64,000 nucleotides of DNA from Convolutriloba macropyga (GCF_964194025.1 NC_134474.1:19034001-19098000); one strand, 5' to 3'. Numbered from the stretch's first letter, positions 10,853 to 23,463 are shown. A program made the numbers and translations. Notes: generated by a model from the letters alone, not told the origin.

Positions 10853-13765
10853 ATGAAAATGTTACTCACAATTGTGTTGAATCTCTTACTTTTCGGCCCC
10901 ACTTTTAAAACCCCGAATAATACAGAAGCAGCTCTGGATAAAGGCATCATCTTCCATAAAGAAGGAAAGATTCTGATTACCGAAAAGTTCATAAATGTGG
11001 AATTTTTAGTACCGTTTCCTCGCTATAATTTCACTATCAGACAACAAGTAGAGACTCTACTTAATGAACTCTCCAAAAAGTGGATCACGCAATCAGAGTT
11101 TTGCAACTTGACAGACAGCACTACATATTGGAATCAAACAGACGCCTTCAATGTTGATTGGCTTTACACAAGGATACTCAATGAAACAATAGAAGCCGAA
11201 ATTGAAGTCCTTAAATTACGCAACGAGACTGAAAAACTCCTTACCAGAGTCGAAGAAGACCCTCACAATCGACAAAAACGAGCCGCCCCGCTTGCAATCG
11301 CAGCCGCAGTCGCTGGAATTGGACTTTTTGGTCCAGGAATCGCAATGAGTAGCGGAGGATGCGGTGGAATTACAGGAATCTTCGGATCTTGTCAGCGAAC
11401 GTCCCAAAATGCTGAGAACATCGACAGATTAGCCAACAGTTTCAACAGCCTCAATGACTATGTAATGGAAATTGGCGCACAAACTGATGAGAAATTCTTC
11501 CTAGTTGCTGACGAACTTGCAAAGGTTTACAAAGTTCAAAACGAAATGCAAGAAAACCAGAACAGAAACTGGAAACTAGTAGAGGAACAATTTGCAATTG
11601 TAGACCATAATCTGAATGCACTAGCCACCTGTATGGAAATTCAATTATCACAGCAACAATTGAACTTTAACTTTGATACAGCAGCCTCATTACTTCTTAC
11701 TCTTTATGCAGATATTAAAAGTTACAGAGCAGCCTTATATTCTTTTCGAATTAATGTTATAAATGCCATTCCTACTTTGCTTGACAAACGTCTTCCAATC
11801 TCTTTAGTGCCTCGTAAATCTTTGATAAAGATCCTTGATTCAGTCCATGATAGCCAAAAGAACGCCCCAGATCGTCTAACTTTGGCAATACCCATGACTG
11901 ACATACTTTCGTACTACGATGCGAAATTAGTACAAGAGATTTCGACAGTTGAAGACGGACTTTTACTGACATTAGCCATTCCCCTAGCCTCTAGCCAGAC
12001 AGTGTTCGAAGTTTATCGTGCAATAGTAATCCCTATGCCTCAGAAGGACTCCGTAGATGCCTTACGATATGTAATAGAGGGAGAGTACTTAGCAATCTCC
12101 GAAGGACAGATGGAAACCACAGTACTGACGAAAACTCAGTATGACAACTGTCTTGGATCGCCACGATACCGAATCTGCCATGAGACAATGGAAACTAGTA
12201 GAGGAACAATTTGCAATTGTAGACCATAATCTGAATGCACTAGCCACCTGTATGGAAATTCAATTATCACAGCAACAATTGAACTTTAACTTTGATACAG
12301 CAGCCTCATTACTTCTTACTCTTTATGCAGATATTAAAAGTTACAGAGCAGCCTTATATTCTTTTCGAATTAATGTTATAAATGCCATTCCTACTTTGCT
12401 TGACAAACGTCTTCCAATCTCTTTAGTGCCTCGTAAATCTTTGATAAAGATCCTTGATTCAGTCCATGATAGCCAAAAGAACGCCCCAGATCGTCTAACT
12501 TTGGCAATACCCATGACTGACATACTTTCGTACTACGATGCGAAATTAGTACAAGAGATTTCGACAGTTGAAGACGGACTTTTACTGACATTAGCCATTC
12601 CCCTAGCCTCTAGCCAGACAGTGTTCGAAGTTTATCGTGCAATAGTAATCCCTATGCCTCAGAAGGACTCCGTAAATGCCTTACGATATGTAATAGAGGG
12701 AGAGTACTTAGCAATCTCCGAAGGACAGATGGAAACCACAGTACTGACGAAAACTCAGTATGACAACTGTCTTGGATCGCCACGATACCGAATCTGCCAT
12801 GAGACAATGGAAACCCACCTTGGATTCTCCTCGTGTCTAGCAACCTCAAGTTCCATCACACAATCTCAGCATTGAAAGTATGTGATACAGAGAAGGTTGT
12901 GTTACCCAACCCTGAACGAGCACAGAACCTTGGATACGGAATTTGGCTCCTAACATCAGCTTAAAGTGATTATACCCTTAGTGAGATTGGTACGGATGAA
13001 AATGGCCGACACATCAATGTTCCTCACAAAGGTTGTAACATCTGTTTAATCACATTAAAATGTGGACATACAATGTTCAGTGACAACATTAAGGTTCGAG
13101 CTGATTTACAAAGTTGTCAGTACCTTCCAGCAACCAGAATTAATGTTAAATTACCAGATCCACTTGCACACTTAATTGACTCAGTACCTAACATAAACGA
13201 CCTTCCAAAATATGATTCCAGTACTGAAGCAAACCTCGATTTATTGAAGAATGTTATAACTGAATTTATTTACTCGAATAGAAAGTTATCAACAGAGTCA
13301 CTAGATGCTATAGCAAAGCCAATTACCACTGAAATGAAGTTATTTAAACCAGCACTAATTGACAAACTTGAATCTTACGTTCCGATCAAACTTTCTCTCT
13401 CGTTAACAATCATTGTCTTTATCGGAAATCTAGCCCTACATATTCTCTTCATGTTCTTATACCATAAAGTAGCCTTTGTACGACGAATGGTACCGAATTT
13501 CATGAAGCTTAACGGAACCAATGTACCGCTAAACCCAGTAGTTTCCGTACCCAAACATCTGAAAGCAGATGTAGTCACAACTCTAGCCAAACAACTCAAG
13601 CAACCGCCAACAGTCATTTCCCCAGAAGAACTTGGAACCCTCAAACGACAACGACGAAATTCCATGCCTGCAACTTCTACCATATCACTCAATACCATGG
13701 ACCGATTTAACACAGACGATGAACTGGACCACCAAGCTCAGCCCCGAGATGAAAGTATTCTTTAA
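10853..13765 (+). pseudogene. env: env, class I F-type fusion glycoprotein (baculovirus-F/paramyxovirus-F-like architecture), disrupted
   Basis: Signal peptide MKMLLTIVLNLLLFG; furin site RQKR (11270-11281) followed by fusion peptide AAPLAIAAAVAGIGLFGPGIAM; heptad region; Cys-rich CLGSPRYRIC...SSCL...GCNICLITLKCG; TM LSLSLTIIVFIGNLALHILFMFLY; cytoplasmic tail. Lesions are a 619-bp duplication, a frameshift at about 12845 and TAA 12962-12964. Confidence 0.9.
11570..12814 (+). repeat. 619-bp direct tandem duplication inside env
   Basis: 11570-12188 is repeated at 12189-12807. TGGAAAC occurs at 11570, 12189 and 12808. One difference seen (G12056 vs A12675). Confidence 0.95.
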
Positions 13766-14320
13766 GTTCAAGTAAATCTTATATAGTTTGACAAGTATTA
13801 TTCTCTTAACAGTTCAAATATCCCTTCATTCATTAAGTCCTATAAATCAGTGCTCTATCCATGAAAACAACTAGTGCTTTAAACCATTCATTCAACCAGT
13901 ATCCTTCTTATCCTGCTTTTAACAGTTTAGAGCCATTATTCAAAGAAATAACCATGATTATTTCCAGTGCTAATTCAATGTCTCCTCTTAATCTTAACTT
14001 TAAACTTATGTCTTCACTCTTTACTCTGAAATTAGCGCACTTTCACATCTTTAACGTTCCTTCAAATCCTTAATCTTGTCTTAACTTTCCTCACCTTAAT
14101 CTATATCTAAATTTGTCTCAACTTAAACTTTGTTCCTCCTAACTTCATTAATTGTCTTTAACTTAAATGCTTTCGTTCCTAACACTTTTCTAAGAAAACA
14201 TAAATTGGGTGGCTCCAACAAAAATATTTTTATAACCTCATACTCGTGCAGATTATATGTTTTATAGAAAAATTGTAAAACCCCAGTTCTTTCACTAAAA
14301 TTTTCATGGAAAATTTTCAT

Positions 14321-14332
14321 AAAGTCGGGTAG
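14321..14332 (+). promoter_or_regulatory. Candidate polypurine tract
   Basis: AAAGTCGGGTAG directly precedes TGTCACG. It is purine-rich but imperfect. Confidence 0.4.
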
Positions 14333-15197
14333 TGTCACGCCCCTATTTCGTTCCTTATAGTTTCGTGATGATATTCCTTAAATATCCATAAATAAGTGCT
14401 ATAAATTAGTTCATATTCAGTTAGTTTCAAGGCCACGTATAGCCAGTATTTCCATCTAGGCCTGTAACCCCGAATTTGTTTATGTTTATGAAAAACAACC
14501 GCAGATTGACAGGTTTTACTAGCAAACACTTCAAGTGCCTAAAAGCCTCAATATTTACTTTTTTGAGTTTCTTGATGATAAATTCACATAATCAGTAAAT
14601 AACTTCATGAGAGATTATGTACTTGGTGAAGTAATTATTCTGATAAAGTAGGTGCTAATACGGAATTGTATATGTACTGAACAAACACCAAGAGACGTAC
14701 AAAAGCCGGAAATCGCCCTACTTGAAATTCAGTAAATATTTGCGAAGGACCAATACAACTCAAGGCACAATCTTGCGGAACCCACTATCACCAGAACACC
14801 GGAGAACCAGCCTAAAAATCAGTTGCCTATCAACTCATAAAACTTGATAAAACTTGAGAAACTTCTTGTTAAAATTATTAAACAATTCTTGCTAAAATAA
14901 TTAAAGATTGAACTGGAAATTCTCTTGAAAACCGCCAAGTTTGATAAACTAAGTTACAGATGAAATATCGACTAACTTAACACTAAAATGCAAGGCAAAC
15001 TAGTGGATATATCACGCATCTGAACCGCTCAATAAAAGGCTATTATTAGCTAATTTTATTCAAAATATATCTGCTAAAAATCGCACTGTGAAACACCAAA
15101 ATAAGTCCTTGTAAAATGCCAATTATTCAAGTAAATTACTTCTAATATAAACCTCAATAGCACCACGAGGAACACTATTAAAAATCAGTGCGTAACA
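14333..15197 (+). repeat. Candidate 3' LTR (865 bp)
   Basis: Starts TGTCACGCCC and ends GTGCGTAACA (8/10 inverted match, TG...CA), with AATAAA at 15031. The 5' LTR is outside the window, so the call cannot be confirmed by pairing. Confidence 0.7.
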
Positions 15198-16687
15198 TGA
15201 GGTAATATGCTTTTTTCATGACTAGAATACAATGCATTCCTGTATTTTTTTACAGCTTCTTTGTCTTTTTTTCTCTCGTTTTCAAAATGTATAATAAAGG
15301 GCCGTGTACACCATCCGGCAACAATGGACGTAGGTCTGAAAATAGGGGATGATGAGTAGCACTTAGCCGGATGCTGTACTCCAAGCTGTTCCCCTCCAGA
15401 CAGTGTAAAGACGGCCCAGTCACAAAAATAACTAACAAGTGGAGAGGATAATGAAGGAATAATATATCATGACCAAAATAATGAAGGAATAATGCATCGT
15501 GACCAAAATGGAAGTATTTATTAGAAAAGAAATTATCAATTAGGATCAGATTTGGAAAAATTTGAGTGTCTTGAATAAGTATAAGATTGAATTGACAACT
15601 CAAATTGTTTTTGTTGCTATCTATATTCTACAGGACTGAAGTGCATTTCGTATCTATTCGACAATCTACCGAATGTTATATTTGGTATCAGGACTAATTT
15701 GGCGTTTAATTAATATTCTGCTTTAACTTTGCTGTAAGACAACTTTGGGTCTTTGCAGTAATAGAAAAGTGAGTAAAGACATTTAACTCTTAAATTTGAA
15801 TACACTTTGACAAATTAAGTTGATCGTGTTGATATAATCGACCTTATTGCTCATTTTTGAGGTGAGTGTTCAGTTGCTAGGATAAATTAACATGATTTCA
15901 AAACGGCCACTATTTGATCAGGTTCTGTCAGCGAAGAGAGGAAACTGGAAGACTGCGAGAATGGAACAACGAAGGAATATTTTGATAAAAAGTTTGCAGT
16001 ATCGAACACTTTTGGTGGCGAAACTTTTGATAGCTACTGTTACACAGATGACCTATACATTGTAAAGTGTTGTCTTGAAGATTGGATGGGTGATAGTGCA
16101 TCTGTCATTACCAGCTACACGATCAATGAGCTGTGAGTTTATTGCTGTTGCTTCTGTGTAATTTGCGTGCGTAACAGCTATCGAAATTGCATGATGCGCT
16201 TGAATGCTAAAACGTTTCTGGCATGATTAACTTAAAGGGCGAAGAGCAGAGTACTGAAATACGTATTAGTATTGATTAATTACTATCCGACGAAGATTGC
16301 AGCAATTCCTTAAGTACTAAATTTCTCTTTAAAGCAATTTTTTCTGGATTGATTCCTTAACTGACCAAAATGACTTTTCGTCCTGAAAAACGAGATGAGC
16401 TGGTTTAAGTCTCAATGCATTAAATCCCTATGCAACTCTCTTAGAGATTAAGCGAGCTCTTAGTGTACGGTTCATAAAAACTTCTCTGATTAAAAAAATT
16501 TACAAAAAAATGATTAAGGTACACAATATAGACAGGCATTCCCCTAAATGAGCTGATGAGAAGAAAAAGGAGTATTCAAAGACATAGTTACCTCGGGTTG
16601 AACGGCAAAATTTTCATATTGCTTCAAAATGTTAGCTTCTTTAAAAACAGTTCTAATGTAAAAGCTATAATGAGTCAAATTGAACAA

Positions 16688-16720
16688 GAACCAATTGTAA
16701 TTTGCCTTACAGAAACTTAA
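16688..16720 (+). pseudogene. LINE APE-endonuclease motif remnant
   Basis: Translates as EPIVICLTET*, matching the DIICLTETW motif. Probably the same element as the RT remnant at 18.8-19.35 kb. Confidence 0.5.
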
Positions 16721-17983
16721 ATAACGAACAATTTAAAAAAAGCAAGTGTTTTGGGTTGGAAAACGAATTTGCAATTTAAAAATCTGCTAATGAGTAAAAA
16801 CGGGGTAGTGAAAAAGGTATTACCAAAAAAGTATTTATGAAGCATTTTTCGATGAAGGATCAATGTATTTGTTGTTTAAAATTTTTAGTGCGTTGATTCC
16901 AAGACAGTAAACATTTTATTATGCATTGGCACTGGCTTTTCCCAGTAATTTAGGTCCAGCAGGCAGGAATCGAAAATTAATAATCATCATAATTCATGGC
17001 TTTATCTTGACATCAAGCAGAGAGCCTTTTTATATACCCATTTTTTTTGTTTAATAAAAACAATTAGAATAGATCATTGAAGCAGTCTTGGAGAGCCGAA
17101 TTACTATCTATCTAATTCACTATGATCACAAAAACTAACTTTTACAAAAAGCCTTAATTTTTTTTGGTTTTGAGATGTTTTGCAAATTATATAATTTAAT
17201 CAAATCCAAAAATAAAACAAAAACTTTTGCAAACCTCATTTTATGGGAAGCTGAGATTTCTCGAAAATCATCAAAATTAATTGAGCTATTCAAAATTAAT
17301 AACATAAACTTTTTTTTACAAACACCTCAACTTTTGGGGTTTCCAAAAACCTTGATTTTTTTGAAAATCATCTAAGCTAATCGAAAAATGTTTCAGGTTT
17401 TTTGGATTTTTCAAAAATGTTCGAAATCTCTGTTTGAGAAATCATTCGAACAATCATCCACTTTGCAACAAAAATTCCTAAGCATTGGAACGTGCAACCG
17501 GCCAATCACGAGGGGCGGAGAAGTAGCTCTTCTTTTGGCCAAAGAGTATCAATTAACAACAATTAAAACTTCAAGAATCAATGAAAAAATTTCTAACAGC
17601 AAATAGTTTCTCTAACAAACATGCTTTTCTTATAACGGTTTTTCTAGAAGGCTCCAAAAGCAGATATGCCCACATTCCAGCCGTTTTTTTGTCGAAAATC
17701 TCTTTTTCTTAGGACCAAAAAAAATCTGTTAGATTTCTCAAACATGATAAGTTGTTTACAAATGGAAAATTTTTTAACATTAATCAGTTCCCTGAGCCCA
17801 AATCTAACATCAAAGACAAGCGAGCATACCAGAACAACAATTGGAACCTGTTAATTAGAACTACAAAATAATCATGAGATACAACAATCATGATAGTTTT
17901 TGTCTGTGCTGTTCCGTTACAGTCCAGTCTCAAGTTTAACTTGAAGAGTTCTCTGTTTTTCAGTGACGCATTTTTTTTAATGA

Positions 17984-18499
17984 TTAATAGCCGCCCTCAT
18001 CTTCTCAGCCGGCTATTATAGCGCTCCTATTTTTTTACTTCGTCGAATAAAAAAATGTTTCCCTTTACCTCATTTTGCCGCCTTTTCAACATTTTGCGTG
18101 AAATCTTTTTGACTTCTCTAGGCTAGTTTCTCTCTTCTTTCATTCTGCTAAAAGTGATTTTGAAAATCAGTTGCTCAGCAAAGCAATTCAAAATGAACAG
18201 AGTTAGTACAAAAATGGATGTCAGAAATAGAAAGCCCAATTTTAGATGCCCGCTATTTGAACGTCGTTCCTATAAGTCTTATTTACCATCTCTAATGCTT
18301 ATTGTTATTGATAGTAGCCCCTGTAGCCTCTCTCTAAGAAACAGAAGTATGTTCAACTACGAAATGCCATCAAAATAAATCGGACTTAAAAATGTTTTTG
18401 TACAAAAATCTTTTTTTTTCAATGTCTCTTCTTTCAATCCCAATCATGCTTATTGGAATCAACGGCGGCTATTTTCCGGCAATCTGCCGGGTATGTTTT
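17984..18499 (+). mobile_element. Helentron-type non-autonomous element (HINE), family GGCGGCTATT
   Basis: 5' AATAGCCGCC (17986-17995) is inverted at 3' GGCGGCTATT (18464-18473), followed by hairpin CCGGCA-ATC-TGCCGG and GTATGTTTT, with T runs at both ends. Confidence 0.7.
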
Positions 18500-18779
18500 G
18501 CTTGCTTTAACAAAAAGCTGACACAAAATTCCGTTTTCCACGTCAGAGATGAGAGGGCAAAACAATGATGAGAAAACAGTAAATCGTGTGGTCAGTTCTT
18601 CTGTTTTGAAGCCTATAGAAAATGATGAAGTAGTTCGAAAATGATCAAGTAGTGTTCGAAAAAGTTGTGATTATATGGGTTTAGCTAACCATCTGCTTAA
18701 AACAATTGATCCTGTCATATGTTGTCTCACAAACATTAATTAAAAAATCGTATATGAAACTCAGCATAGCAAAAGCTTG

Positions 18780-19350
18780 AAAGTATCAAATGTTCCGCTA
18801 ATATTTTAAAAAGGAGATACAATGGAGGCAAAAAATTATCAAATCAAGAATACTGTCATTTCTGCAAATTTCAAACAATACGGCTTTTGAGTAAGAGATC
18901 AACCGTTGATGCATTAACAGAAGTGCTAGAAAATATAATGAAATTAAAAGAGAAAAATTTTGTAGCCATTGTGCTTTGCTTTACCTCTCAAAAGCCTTCG
19001 ATATTGTTGATTACAACATATTGTTGGACAAATACTTCCAATATGTCTCAAAAGGCAACATTTTGAAAATAACAGTCTTAAAGATAAAAGTCTTATCTTG
19101 ACTATCGAGAAATATTTGCTCTGCACAAAGTATAGAACTCTTCATGGAAAAAAATTGTCTCCCAAGGATCAGTAGTTGGACCCCTTCTACGATATCGTGG
19201 AAATAAATCAGAAATTACTGGTACAGTAAAATTTTACTAAGTGCTGATGACACAGATATGTTTGGTAATTATTTGCAAACCGACCATACAAATGATATCA
19301 AAGCAGTTTTCAGTTGGTTAGAGAGTAACAAATTGACACTTAATATTCAT
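18780..19350 (+). pseudogene. Decayed non-LTR (CR1/L2-group) reverse transcriptase fragment
   Basis: Ordered motifs in shifted frames: QYGF (about 18876), LSKAFDIVDYNILLDK (about 18985-19032), SQGSVVGPLL (19160-19189), ADDT (19243-19254) and WLESNKLTLN. Confidence 0.8.
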
Positions 19351-21786
19351 ATGAGTAAAAGTTATATGACCATAAGGTGGAAGGGGGATGGATCCGAAAA
19401 GAGTTATCAAAATTCGAGAAAGACGTGGACATGGCTGGCTTGAAACCTCTGCATTGATGCCTGTATAAAACGATAATGTCATTTTGAGTGCTGCAAAATT
19501 CACGATGGCTTCATTTTGCCTAAAGTACGGTATAGCCAATTATGTGTGTAAATTTTGCAAATAATGTGTGTGTCACATTGGATCGCGGTTGGGTCAGGTA
19601 ACCAAAAATTAGGAGCACCAGAAAGCCTAAATTACATTATCTCTTGATTTAAAGTAATTGAAAGTCATTTCGGGTCTGTTTATCTATCTACTGTTTATTC
19701 GTCAATTCAATTCATTTGAACCTCAAAATTATAAGAGGACTGAAGAAAGACGTCTGAAAATTAAGGGCGTCACTTTATTTCGCGTTGTTATTTTGACTTT
19801 CAAATGAACGACCTGTGACCAATTAAAAAGAACTAATTTGGCGAATGATCATTATCTGATAGAGTTTTCAAAGACCAATAATTTTAATCTTCGAAATATT
19901 TTGTCTAGTTCTGAACCTTTGTCTAGTTGAATTTTCGCCATTAAGTGCACCACCAACTAACTGCAGGACCATTAACGTGATCATGATTTATGCATTAGTT
20001 AATTGCAGTTCACAAAACCATTTGCTCATTAGGTTATAGAGCAAGAATGATAATGCCAAACGGACAACAGGTTAGTTATGCTGATCGAATAAAGATTGAA
20101 TAAAGTTGTGCTGCTTTTGTGTGCAAATTATCTTCCTAATGTTTGTAGCATCTCCAATCGCTCGTGTCTTTCTCTCCGCTTTTAGGCATATTAACGCAGA
20201 TCCATCCCAAATTTAATAATTTGTAATGCATCAAAAATTGTCCCCATTGAAAGGTGGATGGGCTAGGAGGGATTATTATTCCCTGGGTATTGTTCTCCTA
20301 TTCAAACCGAATATCTGTGTTATACAACTCCCATGTCGGTTTTTGTGACCCCATTCAGTTTTTCCTCCTCCCCCCCCCCCCCCCCAAAAAAAAAAAAAAC
20401 AATAAGCAAGTTAATCAATTGAATTACTTTAGACAGAGATCGCTTGGATTTTGATATCTTTACAAGTTTACTCAATTCCATTTTTGATAGCCATTTTGCA
20501 AATTTTCAACAGAATTCAAAGGAGTGTTAAGGTGTGCTAAGATGTGATTTCTGCTTTCTGCTATGACGTTTTCAACAGAACAAATTTGACGACTTTTACC
20601 ATGAGGGTCATAGAAAGTCATCATTGTTGTCATTGGGGGTCATAAACAGTAACGGAGGAGCATTTATTTTGTTGAGGGTCATGGAAGATGTATGACCACT
20701 AAGGTGGGGGGGGGGGTGTGGAGCTGTTCAGAATGGATCAGAATTTTCTATGGGGTGTAATTAGGAAGTATGATAACTCGATTACGAAATTTAATGACAA
20801 TTGTAATCGATATTAGGTTTTTGTAGTTTTTCAAACCCGATATGATTCAGTGAGGTTAGGAACAGTTTTCGAATAATTTTGGGTTCATTTTGGGATGCTA
20901 CTCCAGAGCTCCTTGTTCAGAAAAGTTTTTAAACTATTTCTGTTTTTGGTTTTGCGTCTTGTTAATTGCACTGTACACCCTTCCCCCAATCTACCTCCAA
21001 ATACCTATCCCTAAACCTACATACCTTCCACCTCCCCCCACCCCCAACTCCTAACAACCCTCAACCCCACACCTACTTACGGCCCTCCACACCCACCCAC
21101 ATTTTAAACTAAAACTTGGTCTTTTTCAACTATATTTTACTTTGTTTTTATTTCTTTTTTGATGGTTCTGAAAGAGGTAGGGTTACTTTTATTGCACGAA
21201 TCTTCGAGTCGTTTCCTGTTCTCTATTGGCTATAATTTTTATTCGATTTTTCTTGACCGATATTCCTTGACCGATTGTTTTTGACTTCGTCCTCAGAAAC
21301 GAGATAAACAGGTAATCCCGGAGGGCACTAAGTTCTCTTGGAGCCTTTAGATAGACTCTAAGCATGCAGTTTACCGAAACTTTTTGTGAGACGAAATCAT
21401 ATGTGAAGGGCGTTTCTTAGAGATTGGCAGCTCCCCCTCCCTACCACCCCCCCCCCCCCCCCCCACTTCAACCGCCCCTCCCCCTCTTCAACCTCAATCC
21501 CCACACCCTGCATATCGTTCAACTCGGCAGTCATTTGAAATCAATTCGCTAGACTTAAGTCGGTTATTTTTACAGTTCTTGTTCTGTTCTTGTTCTAGTT
21601 CTTGGTCTTGTGAACTATCATATTCTCAAACTGCAGTTTCTGCTGTTCCAATGGTAAACGATATATATTTCTTCGGCTTTATAATTTTCGATACAGTTTC
21701 AGAGTTTGCAGTTTTTATAGTTTGATAGTTTTCGATTATTATTTGTAAAGTGACAGCTGGGGCTATTATTGGCCTTCTCTTGGTTT

Positions 21787-22146
21787 TTAATTGCTCTTGA
21801 ACCAAGTTTAATGCAATTAGTGTAAACGTGTTGGTCTTTTTAAGGCAATTTTTTCGCTTGACCATTTTGCGCTTTTCTTCTAGAACATTCTTTAACTTCT
21901 CAAGTGACGTTTTCACGCTTTCGTTCTTTATTTTTGAGTGATCTCAATTGCTCTCACATTGAAGCAAAGCTTGTTGCTAATAGAAAATCTGTTACAGCAT
22001 AGCAAAATCAAGGGACTGATAGCCGAGTGGTCAGTGCATCTGGTTATGGATTGGGAGGTCAGTGGTTCGAATCCCGGCGATTCAAATCTTTTTCTTCCCG
22101 CCTGTCGTTCGAGAGCAATTCTTCCGACATTAGTCGGTTTATGTTT
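21787..22146 (+). mobile_element. HINE, family GAGAGCAATT, with an internal tRNA-like cassette
   Basis: 5' AATTGCTCT and 3' AGAGCAATT plus hairpin CCGAC-ATTA-GTCGG and TTTATGTTT. Internal A box TAGCCGAGTGG (22020) and B box GGTTCGAATCC (22064). Homologous copies at 54812-55166 and 61088-61442. Confidence 0.7.
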
Positions 22147-23337
22147 TATTTCGTCAAGAATTTTGTTACGACAATTTGACGTAACAATCAGTTCATGCAA
22201 TTTCAACTGAAATGCGTGCTTGACGTCATTTTTTGCTCTAATTGGAGTTTTTTGTTCGCGTGATCAAGTTTTTGGTCACTGCTAACATACCTCACTCTCA
22301 AAAATGACTTTTTCACTCGGAAATTGACTTTTTTTTACTTTTATTCAAAAAGATAGGGTCATGTGAGTTCGCGTCACTTTAATTGAAGGTTATTTGAGAG
22401 CTGCTAATCGAAACAGCAATAAGTTAATCGGGTTATTAATCAAACTATAACATCCCAGCGTTTAATGAAAAGAGGTTTCTTTTTGGTTTGATTCTTTTTC
22501 TATCTTTTTGAGACCGCAGAGCTACGAAGCTATTGCGGCTATTTTCTGGCAATCTGCCAGCTATGTTTAATTTATTGTTCGATTTTAAATGCATCGATTG
22601 CCAAATGCTACTAGTATCTCGAGTCATGATTTAAAAGGCTCAAAATTCCGTTAGCGTTCATTGTCGAAATTGAAGGAACCATAACATTGATAATTTGGGC
22701 CCAATGTTACTTCATGACTGAAATAAGCAGTTGATTTATGCTGCTGTTCTTTTGCTGTTGTTATTTCTCATTACCATTCTCTTTTTCAAAATTACCTTTT
22801 AAGGTCTGATATGCGTTGACACATAACTGTGCAAATTGACCTATTGAAGTAAATTTTAGACGAAGTTACTTATTAGCAAAGGCTGTGTAATCATTTTAAT
22901 TTTTCGAAGCCTTTTTGTGTGCAAAAAAGTTTAGATATTGCTGTATTTCGTCAGCCTTGTCAACAAAAGTCTCAGAATCCAAAAGTCGATCTGCGATGGA
23001 TAAATGAGTTTGATGGCCTTTGTCCAACTTAAAATTAAAAAACTTTTGGAGCATAATGAGGTCCAAGTTTTACACGTAATTATGGAGTTCATGGAATTTT
23101 TTGACAATCTCAAAATGATAGCTCTGTAATATATTGCTGTTTTGTATTGAATTTTATCGCCAATCCTGAGATACCGTAACTCATAAAGTTCAGAGCTCTG
23201 GGGATTTGTATTCCTTTTTATTACTCAATATCTCAACTCCCAATTAACGGTTTTCTTTGATATTTCATCACCGGTTGTAATTTGGATTCTTTTCCGTTTT
23301 TAACCCCACACCCTTGCCTTCCCTTGTATATTATGCA

Positions 23338-23463
23338 TCTCCATTTATAGAGTGCATACCATTATATAGTAAATCATGATGTGGTAATATCGCACGTGAG
23401 CGTGGGGTGCAAACATGCACCTAATATAAATTGGGACGGGGCAGACCCGTGCGTTGTGTCTAG
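23338..23463 (+). mobile_element. Miniature canonical Helitron
   Basis: 3' hairpin ACGGG-GCAGA-CCCGT (23436-23450) is followed 9 nt later by CTAG|T. The candidate A|TC 5' end at 23338 is less certain. Confidence 0.5.

Larger units (their letters stand above)
1..15197 (+). mobile_element. Env-containing Ty3/Gypsy (Metaviridae, errantivirus-like) LTR retroelement; 5' LTR, gag and protease lie upstream of the window
   Basis: Domain order RT-RNaseH-integrase (Gypsy order), then env, a purine-rich tract and a TG...CA LTR. The A/C-rich plus-strand bias persists to about 15.2 kb and then gives way to T-rich host DNA. Confidence 0.93.

Noticed and set aside
15250-15603. 117-aa minus-strand ORF beside the LTR
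   Set aside because: Its repeated FGHD.LFLHY comes from a 30-bp tandem duplication. There is no domain evidence and it lies outside the LTR.
22012-22084. Functional tRNA genes (also 55032, 61308, 63781 and about 24893)
   Set aside because: Acceptor and anticodon stems pair poorly, and the copies lie in dispersed repeats.
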